The notes beneath the pieces were generated by a model. It did not search any database. It saw only the letters and a list, made by a program, of their open reading frames with translations, and was not told where the DNA came from. Shown here piece by piece: positions 30,378-39,059 of a stretch of 64,000 nt of DNA (position 1 is the stretch's first letter; each line of letters begins with the position of its first letter). Made by a program: the position numbers and the translations under genes. Source of the DNA: Candidatus Moraniibacteriota bacterium. Lineage in GTDB: Bacteria; Patescibacteriota; Minisyncoccia; Moranbacterales; UBA1568. Location of the stretch: NCBI GenBank assembly GCA_028711705.1, contig JAQTRS010000001.1, positions 98,761 through 162,760 on the forward strand, written 5' to 3'.

Positions 30378-31415
30378 ATGCGTAGTTTTTTAACAACCAC
30401 CTCGTTCTTGGAACAGCTTGCCGTCCAATATTGCGGATCTCGTGAACGCCTTTCGATTAAGAAATATCCGGTGAACGGATACCCATATATCTTAAGCGGA
30501 CACTCCATACATCCCGCTAAACGAGGACTCTATGATTCTCAAGCGCTGCAGAAATTCATCACGAAACTCTTCAACAAAATTATCGACGCAGAGGAAAAAG
30601 ACAGCGGTAAGGTCAAAATCTTACGCGAAGCTTCACTGATCGATGACGGGCTTATCGCCAACAAATCAGCATTGCAAGACGTCTTCCAAAACGAAGATGC
30701 ATTCGTTGTCGAAGTCCCTCCCCTGCATGCGCAATTCAAGTGCAAACGCTTCGGAAGCGACTACGGTATAAGCGTACTCAGTACGAACGGCAGGAATGAG
30801 AAGCATCAAAAAATATCCTCCCTGCTCGATGATTGGCTACTGGAAGAAGATCGCCCCACCGGCCTAAGAACGCTCGAACATCGATACGTGATAACGACAC
30901 AAAGAACGTTTAGCGATTCAAGAAGCTCTGAAAAGTTCAATCTTTATGATGTATTAGAGGGTTTGAAAAAATATATCCCCTGGATCTGCTGGTTCGGTGG
31001 GTCTACTGATGTGGAATCCTTTGCCGCGAATCTTGTCGACCAATGGCGAAGCGAGTATCACGATACTACCTCTCTTGGAGAATACAAGGAGATCGATATT
31101 CGTGGCAGACTGCTCTACGGTACGGAAGAGCAAAGAAAGATGTGGGCATGGCGCTGCGGCAGCCTTGATACGGAACACCCTTTCGATGAAACTTCCGGAG
31201 TGGTGTCGTTTCGAAAAGGCCATTCCTCTCAAAATGATAACCCTCATATAGAGCTTATCATTTCCGCACCGGGGTTTTCCGAAGACAGCTGGGCTTTCGA
31301 AGGCGATGATGGCGCTCGCTGCTATCAGCATCAGTTCAAAATGGAAGCGGCAGCCATTCAGATCATCACAGGCCTCGGATTGTACGGGGATAAGGACATC
31401 GTGCGTTATATGTAA
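30378..31415 (+). CDS. Hypothetical protein (orphan)
   Basis: 345-aa ORF, GAGGA SD, terminator AAAGGCCGC/GCGGCCTTT at 31467-31506; no motif recognised. Confidence 0.75.
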   Translation: MRSFLTTTSFLEQLAVQYCGSRERLSIKKYPVNGYPYILSGHSIHPAKRGLYDSQALQKFITKLFNKIIDAEEKDSGKVKILREASLIDDGLIANKSALQDVFQNEDAFVVEVPPLHAQFKCKRFGSDYGISVLSTNGRNEKHQKISSLLDDWLLEEDRPTGLRTLEHRYVITTQRTFSDSRSSEKFNLYDVLEGLKKYIPWICWFGGSTDVESFAANLVDQWRSEYHDTTSLGEYKEIDIRGRLLYGTEEQRKMWAWRCGSLDTEHPFDETSGVVSFRKGHSSQNDNPHIELIISAPGFSEDSWAFEGDDGARCYQHQFKMEAAAIQIITGLGLYGDKDIVRYM

Positions 31416-31645
31416 CGCTAAAAAAGAACCATAGAAGCACAACTGTTTTCTCTGGTATCATCAATCAAAGGCCGCCTGACTTGATACAAGCGGCCTTTTT
31501 ATTTTTCATACACATGCATACGAATCACTCATTGTAAAAAGACAAGGGAAATCAAGAGTCGATAGAATATCGAAGTAAAATAAAACAGCGCTACTCATCC
31601 TTTATGTTATAAAGAATTTTTGCGCTGTATTGTTTGTTTGACGTT

Positions 31646-32161
31646 TCAGGCTGCCGCCATACGATCTTTTGAACCTTTCGAGCAGCACTTCATGACATAA
31701 TCAGCCACGTGGCCGATCAGGCGTGATTGATCACCTTTAAAACTCATCGAGTCCAGATACGCTATGGCAAATTCACGCCATGGCGCTTCAACGGACATCG
31801 AGGGCGTATCACCACGCGATGAAGTGGCATATACCAACTGTGTTAAAAAACCATCCAGTTGATTCAACCCCAAAACATTGGTAAGAATCGTCCTGACTCT
31901 TAGGTTGTTCCAGTTTTCCGTCGCATTCATCAACGCAGTCAATCGGAGCACTTGCTTTTGACAGGCATCCTCCCCAGTTGGCTGAATCGGGAATTTACTT
32001 TTGATTTGAGCGAACGCCATTCTTGAATGCATACCAGATGCAACCCACAAATGTTCTAAAATGGTCGCTTCCGGCAGGCCAAGCCGATATAATTCTTCCA
32101 CAATGGGAAGTTCATCCGAATTCAGGCATCTTGATCCTGCAACAGGCATATTGGTATTCAT
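31646..32161 (-). CDS. Hypothetical protein, divergent from the RT
   Basis: 171-aa ORF, AGGAG SD, promoter TTGACT-17-TAGGAT (32311-32283). Confidence 0.75.
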   Translation of the reverse strand: MNTNMPVAGSRCLNSDELPIVEELYRLGLPEATILEHLWVASGMHSRMAFAQIKSKFPIQPTGEDACQKQVLRLTALMNATENWNNLRVRTILTNVLGLNQLDGFLTQLVYATSSRGDTPSMSVEAPWREFAIAYLDSMSFKGDQSRLIGHVADYVMKCCSKGSKDRMAAA

Positions 32162-32330
32162 GACAGACTCCTAGGGCATCACCCTATCTCATTGATATAT
32201 AGCCCTCCCTCGACATGAAGGGGACGTTTTTTAAACAACTACCTCATATTCCCAAAATAGCTTCCGTTTCTGAGAATAAGCCATCCTAACACATAGGACG
32301 CCTCTAGTCAAGGACTTTTGTCACTGATTA

Positions 32331-32359
32331 TTGACAAGAGAACCCGTTTACACTATAAA
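32331..32359 (+). promoter_or_regulatory. Sigma70 promoter of the RT unit
   Basis: TTGACA (32331-32336), 17 nt, TATAAA (32354-32359); GGGAGG SD just before ATG 32401. Confidence 0.8.
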
Positions 32360-32400
32360 GAACTCAGTTCCTTTTACTATAAACTCGTCCGGGAGGTTCT

Positions 32401-33111
32401 ATGAAAATAAAAAATACACCTCCCGGATTCGCTTCAAAGCTTCTCGGGAATGGGCGGCGTGTCTTTATAATAAAGCCCCGCAGCCTGGATCTATACACCG
32501 TCCAACAAGATGTCAAACAAGAATTGGGACGTATAACCGCGTTCACTAATCAATTTGATTGCGTGAAACGGCACCTGATTCGCAAGAGCAGATTCTTCTG
32601 GAAGGTGGACTTGCGGAAAGCATTCGATCATGTGACATTCGCATCAGTCACCACCATTCCCAACCTTCCTGATGATATAAGGCATTCCCCACAACTCTTT
32701 TTCCATACGAACGGAGGACTCATCCAAGGTGCCCCATCATCCCCGAAAATCTTCCAGCTGTTTTGCCAACAACGCTTGGATCCAGAGATTCAGAAGTTCT
32801 GCGGGAAAAATACTATCGTCTACACGCGTTTCGCTGACGATCTTCTGTTCTCATCGAGGAAGGCTATCGGGAAAGGCGCACGCGAAAGAATACGCATCAT
32901 CATCCGCTACGCTGGATTTCACGTCAATGAGAAAAAGGTATCGCTCGTGGACAACAGCTATACACCCATCGAATATCTCGGCATGGAAATTTTTCAAGGA
33001 AGAGTCTCTCCCGAAAAAGAATTCCTCAAAAGATTCTCACTCATTCCGGATGGGCCGGAAAAAACCGGGATGCGCGGCTGGATAAAATCGGTGCTTGCGC
33101 TCAATACATGA
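32401..33111 (+). CDS. Minimal retron-like reverse transcriptase (236 aa)
   Basis: VKRH (region-X-like), KVDLRKAFDHV (motif A), GLIQGAPSSP (B), YTRFADDL (C), GFHVNEKK (D), IEYLG (E). Confidence 0.92.
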   Translation: MKIKNTPPGFASKLLGNGRRVFIIKPRSLDLYTVQQDVKQELGRITAFTNQFDCVKRHLIRKSRFFWKVDLRKAFDHVTFASVTTIPNLPDDIRHSPQLFFHTNGGLIQGAPSSPKIFQLFCQQRLDPEIQKFCGKNTIVYTRFADDLLFSSRKAIGKGARERIRIIIRYAGFHVNEKKVSLVDNSYTPIEYLGMEIFQGRVSPEKEFLKRFSLIPDGPEKTGMRGWIKSVLALNT

Positions 33112-33120
33112 AACGTGTAC

Positions 33121-33379
33121 ATTGAAGACAAGCGTATCTGCAAGGACGCAGACTTTTTGCTTCGTGGCCGAGAGCACATCACCGCCTGAGACAAGGCGAT
33201 TCTTACGCTAGAATCCATCCTTCTCAGGTATTTTTCTAGGGTCAACGCGCCCTACGACACGCCTCATCGGCTTTGCACTCCAAAACAGCACGCTTTTCTG
33301 GCTATACAATAGAATCCTATTGCCAAGAAGTAGAATCCTCCTTAATTCCAATGACATCCCTGCTCCGGCCACGGTCAAT
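33121..33379 (+). ncRNA. Candidate structured RT-associated ncRNA, 3' of the RT
   Basis: Long-range stem CGTGGCCG-A-GAGCA (33163-33176)/TGCTC-CGGCCACG (33361-33373); outer ATTGA/TCAAT; hairpins 33130-33162, 33185-33228, 33237-33254, 33292-33331; folded by eye. Confidence 0.65.
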
Positions 33380-33391
33380 CTGGAACAAACT

Positions 33392-33430
33392 AAAACCCTC
33401 TCAAGCAAAGCTTCAGAGCGGTTTTTTATT
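33392..33430 (+). terminator. Intrinsic terminator closing the RT-ncRNA unit
   Basis: AAAACC-CTCT-C-AAGC-AAA-GCTT-C-AGAG-C-GGTTTT followed by TTATT. Confidence 0.7.
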
Positions 33431-33527
33431 ATCTTTGCAACGTTCCCTCTTGAGAAAACCTGCGTCTATGCTAAACTGTAGCTGCACATTAACAATCCCA
33501 TAAACCAAAACCAAAAGGAGCGATGCT

Positions 33528-33872
33528 ATGTCCGTACTCATAGTACCGAAATCGATAATCAGAATCGTTATCGACCCCAATTCCAAAAAAATAGGTTCTA
33601 AACGAATCCAAAGAACAAATTCCGACCAAGCGCTGGATATCCAATATCCTGTCGTGGAAAAAGTCACAAAACAGACCTTGCTTATACAAGAGTTCGACAG
33701 CGATAATGGCAAAGCGCTCATACGATGCCGTCCCAACTCTAAAAAAACGGGTGAATATACCTATCTCTACTACGACAGAAACCACGAAAAAATTGAACAG
33801 ACTATCACCTCTTTGGCATTATTCGATGAAGGTGATGAGGAGATCAAGGTCAATGTCTTCCTTACCTGTTAG
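33528..33872 (+). CDS. Hypothetical protein (114 aa), probably separately transcribed
   Basis: AAGGAG SD; own promoter TTGAGA-16-(TG)TAAACT at 33450-33477; bidirectional terminator at 33892-33923. Confidence 0.7.
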   Translation: MSVLIVPKSIIRIVIDPNSKKIGSKRIQRTNSDQALDIQYPVVEKVTKQTLLIQEFDSDNGKALIRCRPNSKKTGEYTYLYYDRNHEKIEQTITSLALFDEGDEEIKVNVFLTC

Positions 33873-33951
33873 ACCCTTCAACAAGCACACCAAAAAGCCA
33901 TACACCGCGATGCATGGCTTTTTACATATCCATTTTTCGAATACCGATTCC

Positions 33952-34521
33952 TTACTTCACGGACACCTTGGCCGGGCGGATGACCTTGTCCCCGATCCTG
34001 TATCCCTTCTGAAGGACTTTCGCGACCGTCTGCATCTGGGGTGCCTCCTCCTGAGACTCCGCCTCTTCCGTTGACTGTTCGTCGCTGATCGCCTCGTGGA
34101 TGCTCGGGTCGAAGGCGTCGCCTTCTTTCACCTCGATCACCTGCATACCGTTGGCGGTCAACACATCTTCCAATTGCTTCTCGATATACTGGATACCCAC
34201 CACCCATGGATCGGATTTGGAACCTTCCGGAACATGATTGGTCGCCATGCGGAAATTGTCGAGCACCGGAATAAGATCCAGCACCAGTCGCTCGATCAGA
34301 TAGCCGGAGAGCTCCTTCTGCGACTCCTGCTGGCGCTTCTTGTAATTCGCAAAATCCGCCTGCAATCGCTGCAAGTCATGCAGGTATTCCTGCGCAAGCT
34401 CTTCCGGCGTTTTTTCCTTCATTTCCTCGGGGGTAACTTCTTGAGCAGCCTCTTTCGGCGAAGTTTCCGTTTCTTTCATATCTTTCTCTGCCTTTGTTTC
34501 ATCATGCTTCTTTGATTTCAT
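33952..34521 (-). CDS. grpE: Nucleotide exchange factor GrpE
   Basis: R.QADF.NYKKR, L.PVLDNF, FDP..HEA, QKGY......RPA.V.V. Confidence 0.97.
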   Translation of the reverse strand: MKSKKHDETKAEKDMKETETSPKEAAQEVTPEEMKEKTPEELAQEYLHDLQRLQADFANYKKRQQESQKELSGYLIERLVLDLIPVLDNFRMATNHVPEGSKSDPWVVGIQYIEKQLEDVLTANGMQVIEVKEGDAFDPSIHEAISDEQSTEEAESQEEAPQMQTVAKVLQKGYRIGDKVIRPAKVSVK

Positions 34522-34535
34522 ATGGTTGTAGGATC

Positions 34536-35300
34536 TTACAAAATTACTTTGACCAGGATAATCGCGACTGGAAGCGATGCGCCCGACGACGAACTCAGAA
34601 GCTTCTTCACGTATTCCAAGAGCGATTTATTCTTGGCATACTTCATGCGCTTGGGACCGATAATCGCCAAAACGCCGCGTTCCCCGTCCTTATTGCGATA
34701 CGGCGCCACCATCATCGAGCAGTTCTTGGATATTTCGGGAATAGGATTCTCTTCGCCGATGAATATCCGCATCGAATCGTCCTTCATGCCCGCAAGCAAT
34801 ACATCGAATTTCTCATCCAGCGAATCCAGCGTCTCCACCAAGCGGCACAATTCATCAAGCTCCCGGAACTCCGGCGCCTCGATCAGTTCCTTGATACCGA
34901 AATCATAGAACTCATCTTTAGAGGCATCACCCATCACCGCAAGGTTACCCGACAGCGCCGAAAGGAGTTTGGCTGTCGTGCGCGAAAGCCGCGTCTGCTT
35001 CGCTTTCATCATCAAAAGTTCGGCCTGCAATCGCCGCTGCTCTTCCTTGGAAAGTTCCTGATCGCCCATGACTTCCTCGATATAGAAGCGATAACCCTTG
35101 TCCGTCGGGATGCGCCCGGCACTGATATGCGGCTGATACAGGAAACCTTCCTCTTCCAGGTGCGCCATATCGTTGCGCAAAGTCGCCGAACTCACGTCGA
35201 ATTTATGGCGCTCTAAAAGGACCTGCGAACCCACGGGCAGAGCCGTTTCCGTATAGATCTCGACGATAGCCGCGAGCACTTTTTGTTGGCGTGTATTCAT
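34536..35300 (-). CDS. hrcA: Heat-inducible repressor HrcA (short form)
   Basis: R.Q.VL..IV..Y..T..PVGS, SSAT.RNDM..LE..G.L.QPH.SAGRIPTDKGYR, IGP.RM.Y. Confidence 0.95.
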   Translation of the reverse strand: MNTRQQKVLAAIVEIYTETALPVGSQVLLERHKFDVSSATLRNDMAHLEEEGFLYQPHISAGRIPTDKGYRFYIEEVMGDQELSKEEQRRLQAELLMMKAKQTRLSRTTAKLLSALSGNLAVMGDASKDEFYDFGIKELIEAPEFRELDELCRLVETLDSLDEKFDVLLAGMKDDSMRIFIGEENPIPEISKNCSMMVAPYRNKDGERGVLAIIGPKRMKYAKNKSLLEYVKKLLSSSSGASLPVAIILVKVIL

Positions 35301-35323
35301 ATGCTTTCAGTATACAATCCGAA

Positions 35324-35350
35324 TTAGCAGTCGTCAATACTGAGTGCTAA
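35324..35350 (-). promoter_or_regulatory. CIRCE operator overlapping the hrcA promoter
   Basis: Minus strand TTAGCACTC-N9-GACTGCTAA with embedded TTGACG; TATACT just upstream of a near-leaderless ATG. Confidence 0.92.
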
Positions 35351-35670
35351 GCGCATGGTCCGGACAGTCCGGATAAAAAAAGCCCAAGGCGATATATTAC
35401 AACCGGCCTTGGGTTAAGCGATACCCTGCTTTGAAGGATTCTATTTGCTGCGATCGGGTGTATCAAACAAAAAAATACCAACCGACTGCAATATCCCGTT
35501 TCGAAGCTCCTGCTTTACTCATAAGAAACCGGACATCTATGCTGACTCTTTTGCAATATCTGCTCCCCTGCAGGAAATATTTCTGCCTCCTCTCATGAAA
35601 CATCCGCTTGCGTATCATGCACACATACGTTGCGAAAGGCGGAGCATTTTTTCCCGCCGCCGCTCGATAA

Positions 35671-35988
35671 TTATTTCTTACCTTTACGGGTAAATGTATC
35701 CTTAACACCGTCTTCACCTTCTTTCGTTTCTGTTTTCACAACCGGATCATACCCGCCCGGATTCCAGGGATGGCAACGAAATATCCTGTGCAGTCCCATC
35801 CAACCGCCCCGCAGCACCCCGAAGCGCGAAACGGCTTCATACGTATACTGCGAACAGGTCGGATAGAACCGGCAAAACTTCACCGGCGTGAACCACGAAA
35901 CAATCCCCGTATCGAATGAAAGGGTCTTTTGGTACACGCGTATGCAGAATAGAATAATCTTTTTCAACACGTACGCATAGTAGTTCAA
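35671..35988 (-). CDS. yidD: Membrane protein insertion efficiency factor YidD
   Basis: [27 protein letters not shown]; start uncertain. Confidence 0.93.
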   Translation of the reverse strand: MNYYAYVLKKIILFCIRVYQKTLSFDTGIVSWFTPVKFCRFYPTCSQYTYEAVSRFGVLRGGWMGLHRIFRCHPWNPGGYDPVVKTETKEGEDGVKDTFTRKGKK

Positions 35989-36077
35989 ATACCGGATTTT
36001 GTCAATAACGGAAACCGGTATATACTAAAAACAGAAACTCACTAAAAACTGTTCACCGGAACTGAAAAAACAAAAAG

Positions 36078-36986
36078 ATGAAGATCATAGAACACAAGAC
36101 GGTCAGTTGGGTCGATTTCGAAGAACCCAGTCACGACGACATCCTCTATCTGCACGAGCACTTCAATATCCATCCCCTCGCGATAGAAGAGTTTTTCACG
36201 CCCACTTACCAACCCAAAATCGTCAACTATGACAACTGCCTTTTCCTTTCCATACACATCCCCCTTTTCGACGTCGAAAATCGCACCACCTATTCCGGAG
36301 AGCTCGACATGATCATCACCAAAGATCATCTGATCACCGCTCACCGCCACCGAATCTATCAATTGGAAAAATTCTTCCACGATATCTCCACAAGCGAAGG
36401 AAAACGCAGGCTTCACCTCACCAAGACCCCTGCCCACCTGCTCTACACCGTCCTTAACATCCTTCTTGAATCCTGTTTTCCGCGCCTCGACCACATCTCC
36501 AAAAACCTCGATCATATCGAGGATCAGGTGTTCGCCGAGAAAGAAAAGGAAATGGTGCTCGAAATATCCATCGTCAAACGAGACATCCTCAACTTCAGGC
36601 GTGCCGTCAAACCCCAGCGCGCCATCATCGAATCCATCCTCCAGAAGGAAAACACTCTCATCCCATCCGATCTCAAGCCCTATTTCCAGGACCTCATCGG
36701 AACCAATATCCGCATCTGGAATATCCTCGAGAACAATAAGGAAATCATCGAATCATTGGAGGAAACCAACAACTCCCTCCTCTCCAACAAGCTCGATATG
36801 ACCATGAAGGTCCTCACCATCTTCTCGGCTATACTCCTTCCGGTGACCGCCTATTCCAACATCATGTCCATGAGCGTCAGTATCCCCTTGACCCACAGCC
36901 CGAACGCTTTCTGGCTCCATGCCGGCATCATCATAATCATCTCGATCCTCACCATCATCATCTTCCGTCTCAAGAAGTGGTTCTAG
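36078..36986 (+). CDS. corA: CorA-family metal transporter with a non-canonical signature
   Basis: W.D...P, IHPL.IE, QPK...Y, MK.LTI.S.I.LP.T, two C-terminal TMs; GMN position reads SMS. Confidence 0.85.
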   Translation: MKIIEHKTVSWVDFEEPSHDDILYLHEHFNIHPLAIEEFFTPTYQPKIVNYDNCLFLSIHIPLFDVENRTTYSGELDMIITKDHLITAHRHRIYQLEKFFHDISTSEGKRRLHLTKTPAHLLYTVLNILLESCFPRLDHISKNLDHIEDQVFAEKEKEMVLEISIVKRDILNFRRAVKPQRAIIESILQKENTLIPSDLKPYFQDLIGTNIRIWNILENNKEIIESLEETNNSLLSNKLDMTMKVLTIFSAILLPVTAYSNIMSMSVSIPLTHSPNAFWLHAGIIIIISILTIIIFRLKKWF

Positions 36987-37085
36987 CGTTCCTACGACCG
37001 AAAATCGAATATACTCCTGCCAAGACTACCCCGAAGGCCGCATACAAGGTATACTAGGGATATATTTCATTATATTTCCCATTCT

Positions 37086-38558
37086 ATGCTCAGGATTTAC
37101 AATACCCTCACCAAACAAAAGGAGATTTTCGAACCGCTCTACCCGGGAAAGGTCGGTATGTATACCTGCGGGCCGACGGTCTATGGGAAAATCCATATCG
37201 GCAATCTGCGCGCCTATCTCCTCGGGGATATGATACGCCGCTACTTCGAATACGCCGGCTATGAAGTGCGGGCCATCAAAAACATTACCGATGTCGGACA
37301 CCTCACCGACGACGATGTCGCCCAAGGCGATAGCGGCGATGACAAGATGATCAAGCAGGCCCTCAAAGAGCACAAAACGCCTCAAGAAATCGCACAGTTC
37401 TACGAGGAGTATTTCCACGTGACGGAAAAACAGATAAATATCCTCCCGGCTCACTATTTCCCTCGCGCCACCGCCCATATCCCGCAAATGATCAAACTCA
37501 TCGAGGAACTGATAACCAAAGGCCATGCCTATGAAAAAAACGGCAATGTCTTCCTCGATGTCACCACCTTCCCCGAATATGGCAGGCTCTCGGGCAACAC
37601 GCTCGACAAGCTCAAAGTCGGCGCCCGCCTCGAAGAACATCCCGACAAGAAAAACCCGTGGGACTTCGCGCTCTGGCTCAAGGCCCCAAAGAATCACCTG
37701 ATGAAATGGGAATCCCCTTGGTCCTTGGGGTATCCGGGATGGCATATCGAGTGCAGCGCGATGAGCATGGAATACCTTGGCGACACCTTCGACATCCACA
37801 CGGGCGGCGAAGACAATATCTTTCCGCACCATGAAGCCGAAATCGTGCAGTCCGAAGGCGTGACCGAAAAACCCTTCGCCCGCTACTGGCTGCATGTCCG
37901 CCACCTGCTTGCCGACGGCGTCAAGATGTCCAAATCCAAAGGCAATCTCTACACCCTCGAAGACATTCTCGACAAAGGCTATTCCGCCATGGACGTACGT
38001 TTCCTCCTCCTTTCGAGCCACTACCGCTCCCAGATGAATTTCACCTGGGAAGCCATGGATCAAGCCCGCTCCAATCGGGAGACGCTGCAGAATTTCCATG
38101 ACCGGCTTACCGAGTGTCATCCTGAGCCTGTCGAAGGATCTTTCCGATCAGAGCAAGATGCCTCGACTACGCTCGGAATGACACAGGATAAAATCTCTCT
38201 CGATACCGAGAAATATCGAGCCGATTTCGATGCCGCACTCGAAGAAGATTTCAACACGCCGCAGGCCCTGACCGTATTGTTCGACATGACCAAAAACGGC
38301 AATAAACTTATCGACGAGGACAGATTGGACAACCCAACCGATGTCCTGAAATTTCTGGAAACAAGCGCTGCCGTTCTCGGCCTGCAATGGACCAAAAAAG
38401 AAGCCATCCCGGAGCATATCCAAAAGCTCGCCGCCGACCGGGAAGAGGCCCGCAAACAAAGGAACTTCGCGCGTTCCGATGAGCTGCGAGAAGAGATAGA
38501 AAAAGCCGGGTTCAGTATCGAGGACACGGCCCAGGGTGCGAAACTCAAACGGATATAG
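37086..38558 (+). CDS. cysS: Cysteine--tRNA ligase
   Basis: CGPTVY...[26 protein letters not shown]. Confidence 0.98.
   Translation: MLRIYNTLTKQKEIFEPLYPGKVGMYTCGPTVYGKIHIGNLRAYLLGDMIRRYFEYAGYEVRAIKNITDVGHLTDDDVAQGDSGDDKMIKQALKEHKTPQEIAQFYEEYFHVTEKQINILPAHYFPRATAHIPQMIKLIEELITKGHAYEKNGNVFLDVTTFPEYGRLSGNTLDKLKVGARLEEHPDKKNPWDFALWLKAPKNHLMKWESPWSLGYPGWHIECSAMSMEYLGDTFDIHTGGEDNIFPHHEAEIVQSEGVTEKPFARYWLHVRHLLADGVKMSKSKGNLYTLEDILDKGYSAMDVRFLLLSSHYRSQMNFTWEAMDQARSNRETLQNFHDRLTECHPEPVEGSFRSEQDASTTLGMTQDKISLDTEKYRADFDAALEEDFNTPQALTVLFDMTKNGNKLIDEDRLDNPTDVLKFLETSAAVLGLQWTKKEAIPEHIQKLAADREEARKQRNFARSDELREEIEKAGFSIEDTAQGAKLKRI
38115..38183 (+). repeat. 69-nt palindromic repeat inserted in-frame in cysS
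   Basis: TGTCATCCTGAGCCTGTCGAAGGATCT...AGATGCCTCGACTACGCTCGGAATGACA; encodes CHPEPVEGS...DASTTLGMT. Confidence 0.88.
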
Positions 38559-38623
38559 GACAAATGAAAAACGGGAGTTCAATTCTGAATCTCCCGCTTT
38601 TTTGATTAAGACATAATGATGTC

Positions 38624-38887
38624 TTAATTTTCAATCCTTCTGTACTCGTTACAGCGATGCCCTCCGCACATGTGGATGGCATTTTTTTGATACGCTTCCG
38701 CCCATTTCCTATCATGCCCATCCACGACGGCGGATACAGCACGCTGCGAAAATTGCCGATCCGCAGTTTTATGAAACAATGCTATGCCTCCTCCGAATAG
38801 TATGCCCAGAAGAATCGCTAACGCAGCCGTCACTCCTATGACTTGGCATACTAACACGTAATCGGTCTTGAACTTATATTGAAGCAT
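38624..38887 (-). CDS. Hypothetical small membrane protein (orphan)
   Basis: One TM, AGGGGGA SD, shares terminator 38567-38603 with cysS. Confidence 0.6.
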   Translation of the reverse strand: MLQYKFKTDYVLVCQVIGVTAALAILLGILFGGGIALFHKTADRQFSQRAVSAVVDGHDRKWAEAYQKNAIHMCGGHRCNEYRRIEN

Positions 38888-39059
38888 GTATCCCCCTATT
38901 TGATGTGATATCTCAGTTATTTATTTCTGCTGTATTGTGCCTGAAAATGCGGTGTATTCCGCACCTATTCATTTGTTAATGAACAAACCATAGTAGCATA
39001 TATTTTTCATTCCGTCAAGACTACCCGAAAGGCCTGGGCAAGTGTATACTAGAAGAACT

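Noticed and set aside
32162-32400. Upstream msr-msd for a canonical retron
   Set aside because: The interval is taken up by two divergent promoters and the RT 5' UTR is only ~35 nt; no a1/a2 repeat was found.
32401-33430. RT as a DGR or group II intron
   Set aside because: Motif B is QGAPSSP, not the DGR-type GNLTSQ; no TR/VR pair or avd seen; no domain X/maturase region and no recognisable domain V-VI after the stop.
33208-33503. Small ORFs 33208-33408 (-) and 33273-33503 (+) as effectors
   Set aside because: Non-ATG starts, no SD, and they cross the structured RNA and terminator.
35415-35717. ORF 35463-35717 between hrcA and yidD
   Set aside because: Overlaps yidD, has no clear RBS or motif; probably decayed DNA.
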